A stretch of DNA of 64,000 nucleotides from Phyllosticta citribraziliensis. Taxonomy: Eukaryota. Position numbers and translations under genes: made by a program. Below the pieces are notes generated by a model. That model was not told where the DNA came from. It searched no databases and saw nothing but the letters and a program-made list of their open reading frames with translations. The DNA lies in contig NW_027117340.1 in NCBI RefSeq assembly GCF_038025025.1, positions 1,364,001 through 1,428,000 of the forward strand. Reading direction: 5' to 3'. Below, piece by piece: positions 51,462 to 64,000 of the stretch (positions are counted from its first letter, which is position 1; the number at the start of each line of letters is the position of its first letter).

Positions 51462-54400
51462 GCAAAACTACCCAGAAATGACATTTCATCACTCCGTCGA
51501 ACAGCCGCAATGCCCAGCGTAATTCCTCGGACTGGGATTCGCGGATGGACCCGGTCTCAAGTCAGTGGACCGTGCCGAAGCCGACTTCGGTTTAATGCTC
51601 TATCTCACCTAGAGTGAGCGTTTAACAGGGCCGGGGAATTTCGGAGCTGCACCGTGCCTCGCTCTAACTATACCTCTACGATGGACGTTTTACGGAGAAT
51701 CCGCGTATCTCGTTCCAAGCTCTGGGGAAGAGCATTCAACTACGCAAACAACAAAAAAACGCGAAAAAGGCCATGCGCACGCATTCTACCAGCATGAATA
51801 CCATGTCACGAATTTTCTCGCCGTACTTATTATCTCTTAATCAATCATCTTCTGGATCCAAAGAGCAAACCACCGGTGTTGATCATCTTGCGGGACCACG
51901 TCCATATCCAAGTAAAGGCCCCCCGCCCTGAGCTGCTACAGTCGAAAACTTGACATTAGCGAAAAGGAAAGTTCCGAAGTCCCCCATCTTAGGTCCAAGG
52001 CGCCGGGCGCAGCATTGTTGTGGAATGACACCACGACTTGGCTGCACGATCCATTTGAGAACGACGACGAACCAATCATCACACCAAACCCCGGACTCGG
52101 CTGTCCCTGTGCGCGCGACAGGCCCGCGAAGGTTGAAGCATTCTCCTGGACGACGGGGCCGAGGGGCGCTGCTCGTTGCGGATCTGGGCTAGGATCTCCG
52201 GATGCAGCCGAGAAGGAGGACCACCAGGCGGACAACTAAGCGAGACGAAGAAAGTGCGGTCAAGCAAGCGCAACAGCAGGGGTCACAATGGTAGGGTTTG
52301 GTTGTCGCACGAGGGGGAGGGCCTGGGTGCAGCGCCAGGGTGGCAGGGAACAGTCAGGAAGACGGTGCGAGGAGGGGAAATGGGCCGACGTCACCAACGA
52401 ATGGTCTGGGCTCGGGTTGCAGAGCGAGGACGAGCCGCAAGGCAGGCAGTTCAAAGGCGAGCACATGCAACGTCGACGAACCAACGGCGGCACTCAAAAA
52501 GGCCAACTCAAAGCCAGAGCCAGCAAGAGCGCGAGGCTTCCCGTTCGCTATCTCGGCTGATCTGCCTCGAGCCAAGCACACGAGAACGGGCCGAATCACC
52601 TACTCCAACCGATACAGTGGTTTCGATTGGCCAGAATGTTGACAGGGAGGCCGGCAAGGCGGGGTGAAGATGCAATTGGGATGATGAGAGACGGACGCGC
52701 GCAGGGTTGGCGCCCCTGGTGGTCTTTTACTTCGTACTGTGAATCGAATGATGGTTGTGATGGGCGGCGGACCGCACACTCCAGTCGGCTCGCTTCCTCT
52801 CCCTGCTGCTCAAAATCGAAACAAAAGTCAATTGATCCTGCCGACACAGCCACGCGCTGCTCATGCTCTGCAAAGGGAAATGAGCGTTTTGAGAGACGAG
52901 GAATGAGACGACAGTCAATGACGAGAAGTCGAAGATCTTCAGAGCGCGGACAGGCCACGGCGGGGCGCGATTGCGAAAAATGCTCATCACTCAAGTCGTC
53001 CATTTTGCATCTAGATCTCCATCTCACCGCCGCACCGGGGCGTATCTGCAACTGTCGTGCCTCTCCGACAACCTCACCTGCTGGCATGAACCTCTTTTCA
53101 CCAACCAGTCGGCTACACTACCGCGTAGCTGCACGATGTCCAAAAGACGCCGCGTGTCCGGGCCGCCAATGTCTTACTCTCGATGGCCTCGACTGCCGTA
53201 CTGACCACCACAACACGATACGACTCGCCGCCCAGCCAGCCGGGAGCGGAGCCGCGCCCGTTGCCGCTGCCGCCCGCTGCCAGCTACGTCGTGCTACGGA
53301 TGCTCTATGGCCCTGCGTCTGCTGGCGCTTTGGTGGCGTCTATCGAAACGGTCCCCAGTCTGGCTAGTCAGTCGAACCAGAGAAACATAACCCAGCCCAA
53401 GCTCCAGCCTTACGATGGGTCGCGTGTCAGGGAAAAATTTTGAAGCCGTGTTGCGGATTAGCTGGCCGCCGCGTCTGCCGCCTGCGTTGACTTCGTTCCG
53501 GCTTGAGTCTTTGCATAGTATTGCTAGGCAAGGAGACTAGACCGTTGCGGTCTCCTGCCTGTCCCTCTCCCCCCGAAGCCAAAGAGCCCCCCTTCAAAAT
53601 ACCAAACTCTCGATACTGAGGGAAAGACGTCGACATACTTCAGGAGACACTCCACGTAGGCATGCGTCCTAAGAGCTGAAAATACATCCAGTCCAAGCCG
53701 CACTGGCACAAAACGAGAATAGGTGAGCGGGATGGTGGATCGCAAGCGACGCCTGGAGATCCTAAATACTTCCCCGTTCCTTCCTTCGTGACCATGTGTC
53801 ATGAGACAACTGTCTGGAGGAGAAACAACATCTTTTTCACGCCTACATGCGAAGCAGCCAAGGCCGGAGAGCAAATCAAATCAACCGTCAGAACCGAGAG
53901 CTGTTGCGATGGTAATGAGCCTTCAAGTCTTCTATCCTTCTCCTATTTTCCACATTATAATACCCAGAGCGTTCGTTCAATGCCCTTTTTTCAGGAATTC
54001 TGGCGACATGGCACCGGCGCAGGCGGTGAGATTGAGGAGCAAGGGGTAGGCGAGGCGACCAGATGGAGTAGTTCTTGTGTTGATGCGCCCTTCACTGCGA
54101 CCACCCATCCGGCCGTTAATTGTTCAAGGACGCGAGGCAGGTGGTCGGTAACGCGGAAGAGCAGGTTTGCGTAATGGGGGTGTAATTGGTGCGTGTTCTT
54201 TCCTAAATTCCTAATTAAAGAGTAGTGTCTACTGAAAACCGAGCGCTGGCGAGGTAGCTAATCATCATCTGCGCCTCCCTGAACCTATCTCAAGGATGGA
54301 AGAAAGAGAACCCTGATGAGATGTAACATAGGAACCGAGACCACAGGCAACACCAACAGTCAGCTTTCTTTGGTGGGCGGCGATGCCGCAAGGACACTGA

Positions 54401-57400
54401 TAGCAGTAAGATCCACGACTTCGAGGTTGCGTCAGAAGCCTACTTCTAGGAGGCTTGTGGCCCCCGCGTATGCCGCAAACTCGAACGAGCCTTGTAATCC
54501 CTCATTTTTGGTTGTTTTCATCGCTGCCCAGGCCAAATTGAACTTTCCTTTGCTATATTCAGCCAGGTCCCTCATCCGTATTTGCTCGCCCTCACACAAA
54601 CGAAAAGACTGCCACGACTCCGCCCAAATCGCTCCACCTATCCGCCATCCTCGAGCTCTTTGAGCAGCGCCGCCCTGCATTCCACGGCCATCTTCCGACT
54701 CCAGCAGCTACTACCACCCTGCTGGTATTCGGAAATCACTGCAACCACACCGCACTACCTCAAACTACGCGTCTACCCCGTTTGAGCGCAAAAGAATCAG
54801 CCCCTACCCATCCATCTCTCTTGCATTATCGTCGAGCACGCCATTTACTACGCAGCGCGGCTGACGCCCTCTTTCCAGCTTGTCGACAAGTCACAATGAC
54901 GCGGAGATACATGATACCTACTGGCCAGCGAGCCACTCGACACACGTGGTTTTGCGCCACCGCAGCAGTTGATTTTTATGCGTGCTGTGTGTGTGGGTAG
55001 GGGTGGGGGCGCTCACAGGGGGAGAATTTGAGGCGGATTTATACGCCCGTATGGGTGTGCACATGGTTGCGTGCATGGGGCTTTATGAATTAGTCAGTGT
55101 TGTTGTGCGGGTGATGACGGCGCTGACGGCGAGACTTGACCGCATTCCGAGGTTGATGACTTCGCCCAGTAAAGAGTGCAGAGGTTTGCTGCGATAGCTG
55201 GAGAGAGGGCCCTTTTCTTGAGTGCGGATGGAGTTCATGTGTTGGGAGAGGCGTGGATGTTGTGCTTCACGGTGGATAGGGTCCTCAATCAGACACCCAG
55301 GCAAGCAACGATTGAGCGAGCACAAATGACTCCCCTCCAGCATTATTGCGCCTTTTGCACAACAGCAGTCCTTATGCACGGCCGAAGGCACAAGGTCAGA
55401 CACGAATGGGTAGAAGGCCGGATGACGGACAGTGGCAGGCCCCCATTACCTTCAGCATCTTTCCCTCTTTCCCTCACCCTCTCTCCTCTTCTGCCCCCTT
55501 CCTTCCCCTCCCCCGTCCGTCCGTCCGTACGTCGGCTAATCAACCAGCAGACCGACCAGCCAGCCAGCCAGTCAACGATCAGTGGTCGGCCAAGGGAGGA
55601 CCAGGGAAGCGATAGGATGTCCAGTCGGCCCAAGCGCCTGCTGCATCAGAAAAGAAGGTTTAATAGTAAGGCCGGGCGGATCCACTGCACCACACCACTT
55701 CTTGGGCACCAACGACGACCGTACGCAATGCCGCAGCGGCCAACACCGCTGCAAGCTGCTGCTGCTGCTGCTGCTCTTCATCCCCTCCCTTCTCCCCCTT
55801 GTCGCCTGCGTCTCTCCTTCGTCTCTCGGTTGCGTGCCGTGGTCTTCCTGTTGCTGCCCCCTGGCCTTGATCAGTCCTGTCTAGGACTCATTTCACTCAC
55901 TGAGCGCTGGACACTGAAGCGTGTGCTCGTGGGCCATGGCAGCCACGATACCCGGATTGTCGCTGCGGCTGCGGCGTCGTGCAAGCCATGTTTTTTTGGT
56001 GCCCCATCCCCCCAGTGCTGCTGCTTGCTGATAATACCGCTGATACACGGTCCTCGATTTTCACATACGTCCCCATGCGTGATCGACACTCATGCACATC
56101 GTGCCGCCCACCACACAGCTCGCAATGCACATCAACGTCTTTAGGCGCTTTTTTGGCTACGGTTGCCCCATTCGCTCATATGCCGCTGCAGATAATTTTT
56201 TTCTCATTCTACGTACCGCCGGCAGCGGGCTGATAGGAACCTCGTATCCTTGTCGTCATCGAATTTGTCTATGCCGAGAGTGTGCGTGTACACCGCTGCT
56301 TGTCTTGCTGGTGGGCCTTGCCTGTCCGTCGTTGTTTTTTTGTAGGCATGTGTCTTTTCTTCTCTTGCCCGTGCGTTATCTTGCGTTCTGAGTGCCGTGA
56401 ACTGACTTGCCCTGTTCTACCCTGCCCTCGTCCATACATTTGCGACGCAACCGTCTCGTTTCGCTTACAGCTCACTTGCTACATGGACGTCAGAAAATCT
56501 CGCATCGACAGAGTAACTTGGATTCCTCGTCTTCCCCCGCTCCTTGTCTACCTGCAACAAGAGGAAGGTCCTATGCTAAGGTCCTAGGGCAACATAAAGT
56601 GCGGCTTCGACAGGATGTTGCGCTGCCCAAAGCCGACCCAAAGCAGCAGCGGCAGTATCCTGAATCGCAAGCCGAGCGCCAGGGGCCCAGCGCTGGCTGG
56701 TGCGCGGACGAATGCCGAAAGGGGTGAGAAGGGGGTGAAGGGGGGGACCGGAGGAGGTGCAAATAGTGGAGACGAAGCCAACGGAAGATGGACATCTGAT
56801 TGGACGAAGCGCGTCGTTGCTTGACCGCCTTCCGTTCGCCGACGGAGGGTTTGTGCGCTGAGAAGCGGCGTTTGGTTCGGTGGTGACGTGTGGTGTTCAG
56901 GTATTTGATAGGCAGTCGGGGTAGATGGTAGGTACCTGCATGTGGGTGCGGATTACTGAGCGTGGAGGCTGTGTACATAGTGGGTAGTGTCAAGGATGGA
57001 GCTGTATGGGGGAGACGCAGGGGAAGTGGAGGATTGTGGCGCCTGTCCCGGCCCGCGCAAAGGCTTTAGATTTTCTTCGCAGTTCGGGCTTTGCCTCGAA
57101 GTTGGTTTCGGCGGTGTAAGGGACGTTAAACGGATGAAACTGGAAAGTGAAAGTGATTGTCGTTGGCGCGACAAGGGTAGATACAGTCCTAGCGGAGTCG
57201 GACATGCGTACCTCTTGGAGCTCGGCATTGAAAAAGCAGTACGGCAGTTGAACATTTGTGTTTCCTGGGGCCGGATCCATGTACACGTGTGCCGGAGAAG
57301 GACAAAACAGGGAGTTGCAGTCGAAGTGTCTGGGCGTAGGGGGTCTTCGTGGCTTCACTCTAAAAAGTCGGTGTTTTGGTGGAGCAAGAGCGTGGAATGC

Positions 57401-60400
57401 CCTTTGATCATAGAATGTCCATCCCACATGGCTTCGGGACTCAGTGCGCAACAGGCACAGGGGAAAGCGGGCGAAGAATGCGGTGGCAGTTGTATGAGAA
57501 CAACAGCTGGGACGGGCGTGCACGCGCGCTTCAGCGCGTCAGACGGCATAGGTCAAGTTCTGGGATCTAGCAGCAACGAGGCCCGCGCCGCAACTCGAAA
57601 GCCCGGTCTTTGTTTTCCTGTCGGCCGTTTGTCGTAGGCGTCTTGCTCTCGCCGCGTGTCTCGTCTCGCGCCGTTTGTCCCTGGTTGTCTGTGATATTCT
57701 TGCTCTCTCCTGCAGGCCGCACACTCTTGCATTCGTATCGCACCCAAGCATCAAGGCCAGCTGCCGCAGCACCCCTGTGTTCTGCAGGCGGTAGCTTGGT
57801 TAAGATAGTTTGCGCGCAGTCTTTCCCCTTCTTCGTCTGTTGTTATCCATCGCCACAATGGTGCAACGTATCAACCTCCAAAGCTCTGTGTTCTTGCTTC
57901 AGCACCCCCGTCTTTTCAGCTAACGCCGCAACTCAATTCATTGTGCGCAGCCGCACGCCGCCCAGGATCCGGGATTCTTTTCGTAGAGTCTTCAGCAGCC
58001 AGCACCAAGCATCCCAGGCTCAAGACCAAGGACAGGGTCGCGCCGTCTTTCCGTTTCCTATTTGTGCGGTTCTCCTTGCCGTCCAAGCAATCACGTCTTT
58101 TTCCACCCAGTCCATCGGGTCTTCTTCTGTTCCATTTCTGGCGACGGGGATTCGGATTGATGCCGAAAAGGGTACATGGCGATATTTTGCAACTCCCCGG
58201 CCGCAGCGACTATTTCAACATTTGATCGATTGCCCGGGGTCATTGCATCCAGGGAATAAAGCAAATATTTGCTTGCTAGCCTGTCTGCTTGCCGCAACGA
58301 CAGACAGCCCATCCTGCTGTGCGTTTACTTTGCTTCATTTCGATTCGCTCTCTGGCCTCGTTTTCGCGATTAGGTGGTTGGTCGGTTGTTTGCCCGTCGT
58401 ACAACAGCGCGACGCCGGCCGTCCGTCCCGTGCCGTAGCGTGCCACTGCAAGTCAACTCCGGGGAGCAAGTTATTCCCGGCAGATCGCTCGGTTCGACGC
58501 TCGCTCGCTCTCGGGATGCACTTGGCAGGTTCCATTGCATCGATGATGGGGGTGGTGGTTGTCCCAAACACCAAAACACAGGGTTCTCCTTATTGCCTTG
58601 TGGAGTTGGCGGCTTCATTGTTGGGCCTGATGTTACCCGCGCCGATTCAGTTTCGTGCCTTGCGATGCGGGGACTGCGCGGGGCGATTCGACCTCGCGGC
58701 GATTAGTCGCGCAGCGTTAAGAAAAGAAGGCCCAACGCGATAGCCTTGATGAAGATGACGGCAATGGTGGAGATGAGGGGGACGAAAGCCATGGTCAGTG
58801 GAAGCTTGCGGAGCGTTCAAGTCGTTTCGTTTCGTTTCGTTTCGGAAAGATGTGTCGAGGAGGAGTAAAGGTACGAGATGTTTGACGCTGGGCAAAGCAG
58901 GTATGGCTGGCACTGTTGTCACACATGGACGCGTGCCAAGTTCGCTGGCAGAGGTGTTATGTTAGTTTTGGGCGGCAGAGGCGGTGCCAGCAAATGGCTG
59001 GAAGCGCGTGAGGTGAGGCTGGCTGGTGGCACGCGGGGCGACCATACACGATGGACGACGACATTTCAACGCCTCATTCATCGCGCGCCAACAACACATG
59101 ATGACTGTTTCCACGGTGCTTTTTCTTGGGTCACATGCTTTTCAACAAGGAGCCTGTCAGACTGCTCACCATGGCTACAGGCTACCAAAACTCGTCTCTA
59201 GGCGCCAAGTGGTTGATCCTGGACGTCGTGCGCGTCTGTCTAAAACCCAATGCGGAAGTCTTCTCAACACACACGTGCACTGCAGGCATGGTCACCATCA
59301 CCCTAGCATTTAGACAACTCTTGCCAAAGTTACGAAAGAGCCTCGTGAGTTTGCGAAAAGCCAGCAGCAGCCACTTTCAATCTCCGCTAAGGGACCATGT
59401 GGCAGAACGGCTACAGACTTCCCGCGCTGATCCATCCGTGCCATCCTTCAACCAACGAGCGGCCGACAACCAACCCGACCGCCCTGATCCTGGCCTGAAT
59501 ATGCCGGTATTTGAACGGCAGTAGCAATTGCAGCAAGCTCTTACCAGGACTGTCGTTTCTCGGTAAGTTAAAGTGACTGTCACTTGGAGACACGTTTTAT
59601 GCGCGCACACACACTCTCTCTGCACACTCTGAGGTCTCACCCTGCTTTCTCAGCGATTATCAAGAGCCATGGTTGCCAGTGAGCTCCCTAAATGTATTCT
59701 AATCGCACTCGACGGCGACAAGACCGCGCGCATACTGCAGCCAAGCGCAAAAGGTAAAGGTTAAACAGTATTTTAGAATTCGTGTGGTATAGGCGCCGGG
59801 GGTGAAGGCCCCATTGTGTTAATGCTAAGTAGGTAATGGGCAGAAGGGCAACCAGCTCCTAGTGAGCCAGCTAGATGTATGCACGTTCGTACGTACGGTG
59901 TTGAGCCACCTAGTAGAGAGCCAGGCCAGGCAACGCTCACCCGTTTCCCGGGACCTGGTTGAGCTGACTGAACTTTCATCATCCCTGTCCGCTGCCGTCG
60001 AAGAGCACATTCCAGGCCAGTCCTGCTTTCCGCCATCGATCAATTCATCCGTTCACGAGAGAAAAGTTGTCGAGTCAAGTCGAAGGGCTCGCGCTAGCAC
60101 CAGATGCCCGATGCTCTCGACATCAGGCCGATCGGTGTCGTTTTATAAGTGTCGTATTTCATGTACCGGCAAAGTTGGCGTCAATAGCAGCCGTAGCCGT
60201 CGTCGGGTGGGTAGTGGTTAGCGCAAAAAACGAACCGTTGTCGCCGCTGCATGCGCCGTTTGAGCCCGCCCACCATCACGCATGCATACCATGCCATGCC
60301 GAATCGACGGAAAGAGAAGAAGGTGAAAAAGGACCCGTCCCATATCAGTATGCAATCATCCTGCCACTTCCACTTTTTGCCCGTACAACTCCGAACTGAA

Positions 60401-60660
60401 GTTTCCCTTGAAAAGTGCCCCGTTTTGATGCCCGCCAGAGAGTTTGATGGCCGAACCAGAGTTTAGAACGCCGTTGTGCCGTTGTTAAAGCCGATTGGAG
60501 AAGCCTTTTGAACGCCGTGGCCGCCGCTGGTGTTCTCGACTCCGAGTTATGCATTATGCAAGCAAAGAATCTGTTGAAAAGTGATGAAAGGAGAGGAGCA
60601 GAAGCTGCTTGATTGACCATGGTCAGTCAGCCAGCGCATGTCAGCAGCGAGGTGAACATC

Positions 60661-61025
60661 CTAGGCATAAGGCGCCAAGCGCTGGTGGGTGCTAGGGTTT
60701 TTGAGGAATTCGTCCAAGGTGCGGTCCCAGGCGCGCTGCTCCTCAAGCTTCTTCGCACCTGTATGTACGCGCGTGCACACACGCTCCCAGTTAGCTGGCG
60801 TTGTGCACGCAGGGAGCGTTCGTATCAGCTTCACTTACGGAGTATCTCTTTAGGCGTGAGGGGCGTGGGCACGCAGGGAGGCTTCGTGCGTCCCGCCTTG
60901 GCTTCGCGTGGGTGGGAGTCGACCGGGGTATTGAGCTTCTGGGGAGCCTTCGGGCGGCTGTGGTGCGCATTGCCGCGCATGGCATTCAGTGCATTGCGCA
61001 CAATGGTAGGAACCCAGCGCGACAT
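60661..61025 (-). CDS. Orphan 94-aa two-exon small protein
   Basis: CACCATG start context; exon 1 60839-61025; intron GTAAGT..GCTAAC..TACAG (60759-60838); exon 2 60661-60758 stays in frame to TAG. Confidence 0.55.
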
Positions 61026-61481
61026 GGTGGACGTGGTTGTTTTCACAATTGGATGTGTGTGGTGTGGTGTGGTGTGTGGATTGGAGAGCGACAGGGCTGG
61101 TAGTCGATGCGAGGAGTGGTTATATCTGGTCGAGGGAGCAGAGGGCGACAAGATGTTGGGTGGGAGGGCTGTGTGTAGCTTGTCTGGAGAGGGTTGGCGA
61201 AGACAACAGTGGCTCCCCTCTACCGTTGGGAAAGAAATGGTGAGTGATTTGCCCTGCGCTCCGGGTCCATTGCACTCAGACACGTCGAAACATAGGCCAA
61301 TTTTGGGAAGAAGGGACTATAGAGACTCTCTTCTTCATTCTGGAAAGAGCCATGTATTCAAACTCGACCACAACCTTGTCATTACTTCGTAACTGCCCGG
61401 CGCGACCCGCGGCCACAAAAGAAAAACCTGCTATTATAGCCAGCAATACATCCGCCTCTTTCAAGTGTAACGCGTCCCGAA

Positions 61482-63064
61482 TCATCGTTTCTCGTTGACA
61501 TACTGGCCCTGCAATGCTTGTCCTCCCAACGGCTCGCCAATACCCGAAGATCCACTCTGCGGCAGCGCGTTGCCGAATCCAACCACTCCACCAGGCTCGG
61601 ATGAACCACCTCCAGGTTGACCTTGGCCAAGATTGTCATTGGAGATTCCGGCTTTGTCTTTGACTTCTTGGGGGATGTCGCCGCCATCGCCGCCGCCGAC
61701 GACGACCTCACCTCCACCCTTGACACGACCAACAACCATTCCCTTTGCTACAGACTTGAGCACTGCACGACGGGATACGCCGGCAACGTCAATGTAGACA
61801 AGACCAACATTCTTGACGCCTCCAGAAAGATCTGCCGTGAGACGGCCGGCGTCTTCGCCGTACTTGTGGCCGACCACGGCCGTGGCTGCGGCACTGCCAG
61901 ATTGCAACAGACTTCTTCCAGAGGCTTCGATACCATCGACAACGGTAGAAAAGGCAATCATGGACTTGTTAAGGATACCAGGCTTGTAATCGGCCCCCTT
62001 GTCCTTTCTGGAACGGCCGCTGATTGAAGCACCCAAGTTTTGCGCATACTTGGTCGCCTGGCCCACAGTCTTTGCAGATAGAGTGGCAGCGCTGGACGTA
62101 AAATCGTGAATCTTCCTAACGCGCTGGTGTGTTGCTGGCTGGAAAGTGACCGGATTGTTGGCTGGCTTTGTCTTTTTCATGAATCCCTCTGCTCCCGTCG
62201 TCATCATGTTGCTAATGTAGCTTGAACCAGTGACAATAAGCCTCGAGGCCGCAGCGGCGTTCTGCACAAGGGTCGAGTTCTGGTATGCCGGATGTCTGGC
62301 CATGCGCAAGTATTCGTCGGAGATGGGGTGGACTGCGACATGCTGACCGTCTGAGGAAATTTCGATTTCGACCGGAGCTACACAATGTCAGCATCTGCAA
62401 CCATGTTCAGGGGAGGCAACGTACTCTTTGAACCAGGCTTGAGTGCGGCATCCTCTTCGATTTGAGCACCTTCGGCCAGCTCGCCGACCACGCAACCGTC
62501 GTCCTCGTCGACAAGGACGACCTGGCCATGTTGCGACTTGCCAGTGCCATGAACGTACGCTTCTCCAGGCTTGAAGTTTCCCGGATTGTAGGATTTCTCT
62601 CCTCCAAAGCCCGCGCCCTCGTAATGGGGCGGAGGGCCCTGCGCGCGCTCCAGGAATGCGGTGCACTGGGCTAGAATGGTCTCGAAGGTATCGACATCTT
62701 CTTGTGTAACACCCTGGCCGAGGGGTGGGAATTCGATGCGCGTGAATGCGCCGCTCTCGGGACCGAGATCCCAGCGTGGGATCAGATAGCTGTTGGGCGG
62801 CTGGTGGTAGATTTGCGTCGTCGCAGGAAGGGGCAAATCCAGCTCGGGCGGCAGGTTGAGATGCAGGTAAAAATCCTCTTCGGGAGCTTCGTTTTGGGCG
62901 CGCGCGGCAGAAACGTCGGCGAAGGGGCTGGAGGTGGGGACCATGAGCAGCGACAGCGTTTGCGGACCCGAGGGCGTCAGCGAGTCCTCCTGGCCATGTT
63001 GGATATGGTAGGCCTTGATTCCAGGGATGGAGAACAGCAAGCGAGGGTCGTTGTGGCCGGCCAT
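61482..63064 (-). CDS. Senescence/spartin-associated domain protein
   Basis: EEDFYLHLNLPPELDLPLPATTQIYHQPPNSYLIPRW, DVDTFETILAQCTAFLER, PGILNKSMIAFSTVVDGIE and GLVYIDVAGVSRRAVLKSVAKGMV. One intron at about 62378-62424. Confidence 0.85.
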
Positions 63065-63812
63065 GTTTGCGAGAATGGGGAGAGGAGAGGGTTGCGCTGG
63101 CGTGGAGACGTGGAGGCGTCAACGTCTTTATGTAGGTGGTGATGTAGGTACGTCTGGGCGATGCGATGTCATAGGTTGTCGTCAGTGCACAGCCACGGTG
63201 GTGTGGCAGCCAGCGCGGGATGCACCCGACGCCACAGGCGCCTGGAGAAAAGAAATGTTTCACAGCGTCGGGCGATCAGCGTCAGGTCCAGTGCCATCCG
63301 TGTCGCGTCGCGTCTCTCTGAACTCGCTGCATCGATTACTTTCCCATGAACATGTATAGTCCTGAATCCGTCGTCCATAGCGCCCACGCCGTCCAGCCAT
63401 GATCGACGGCTCGAGCTTGGCGCGACCCCAGTGGGTCCCGTCTCCAACTCGTCCACAATCTTTTGCCGCTCTTTCACCGCTCCGCTTCTTTGAGTCGTCC
63501 ACGCCATTTTTTTTTTTTTTTTTGTCCCTCTACTCATACCCTCACCGGTCTCGACACTTTTCTCAGGGGCTCCTCATTCTCCTGCTGCCTTGTGCCAATT
63601 GACCGCACAAAGAAAAACAAACGGACTCCTAGCTCCTCCTCTCCAGCTCTGGCGACGCGCCAGGTCTTCAAAATTTCGTCGGCAGCTCGCCACTTCTTTT
63701 CTCCAATCTACGTCTGCGTGGCTGCCACCAAGCAGTCACCGCAGACCATCTTCTTCACCACGTCTCTCGTGCAAGACTCCGTCCTCGGACAGGCCCCGCG
63801 GCTTCACTCGGG

Positions 63813-64000
63813 ATGGTGGAGCCACACTTGCGAATCCGATCCGCCCTCGGCCTTGTCTCGAGGACATGGCGAATTGTTCGACGCAACCTGCCGCCCTTGA
63901 ACTTCATCACGCTGCACTATGCCTACTTCATCCTCACCTGTCTCATCTCGGCCGTCATTTTCTGGGGTGCCTCGACTCCAGCCAAGAGCGTCAACTTCAC
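63813..64000 (+). CDS. Trk-family potassium (cation) transporter, 5' portion only
   Basis: Not in the ORF track. ATG at 63813 gives MVEPHLRIRS...LPPLNFITLHYAYFILTCLISAVIFWGASTPAKSVNF, the NFITLHYxYF N-terminal motif of fungal Trk proteins. Runs off the window. Confidence 0.8.
   Translation, partial: MVEPHLRIRSALGLVSRTWRIVRRNLPPLNFITLHYAYFILTCLISAVIFWGASTPAKSVNF

Noticed and set aside
57610..58743. 377-aa ORF (also 55176-56144, 322 aa)
   Set aside because: Non-ATG starts, composition like translated non-coding DNA and no domain motifs.
60613..61392. 259-aa plus-strand ORF
   Set aside because: No motifs, runs through a TGTGG repeat, and the opposite strand has a better spliced model.

Overview
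Eukaryotic fungal genomic DNA with short spliceosomal introns (GT/GC-AG, CTRAC branch sites) and a dispersed 5S rRNA gene. Inference: a filamentous ascomycete (Pezizomycotina), probably Dothideomycete-like. I assembled 20 protein-coding genes by hand. In order: partial extended-SDR epimerase/dehydrogenase, GH5 exo-1,3-beta-glucanase, RAD50, White collar-2, SLX9, INO80 subunit Ies4-like, GID1/RanBP9-like, MFS transporter, a long low-complexity hypothetical protein, GWT1, a small hypothetical protein, mitochondrial lysyl-tRNA synthetase, TIM10, LYS1, DUF1479 oxidoreductase, GH1 beta-glucosidase, bZIP factor, an orphan 94-aa spliced ORF, a senescence/spartin-domain protein and the start of a Trk K+ transporter. 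I saw no transposon, CRISPR array, tRNA or secondary-metabolite backbone gene. The best leads are in gene structure and regulation. (1) A stop-free, in-frame TIM10 intron would insert a transmembrane-like helix if retained. (2) The RAD50 start codon is split across exons by a 2-nt micro-exon. (3) RAD50 and wc-2 lie head-to-head. (4) LysRS, TIM10 and LYS1 are neighbours with two Gcn4/CpcA sites. (5) A candidate structured ncRNA sits behind a TATA box. All family assignments come from motif recognition, not database searches.
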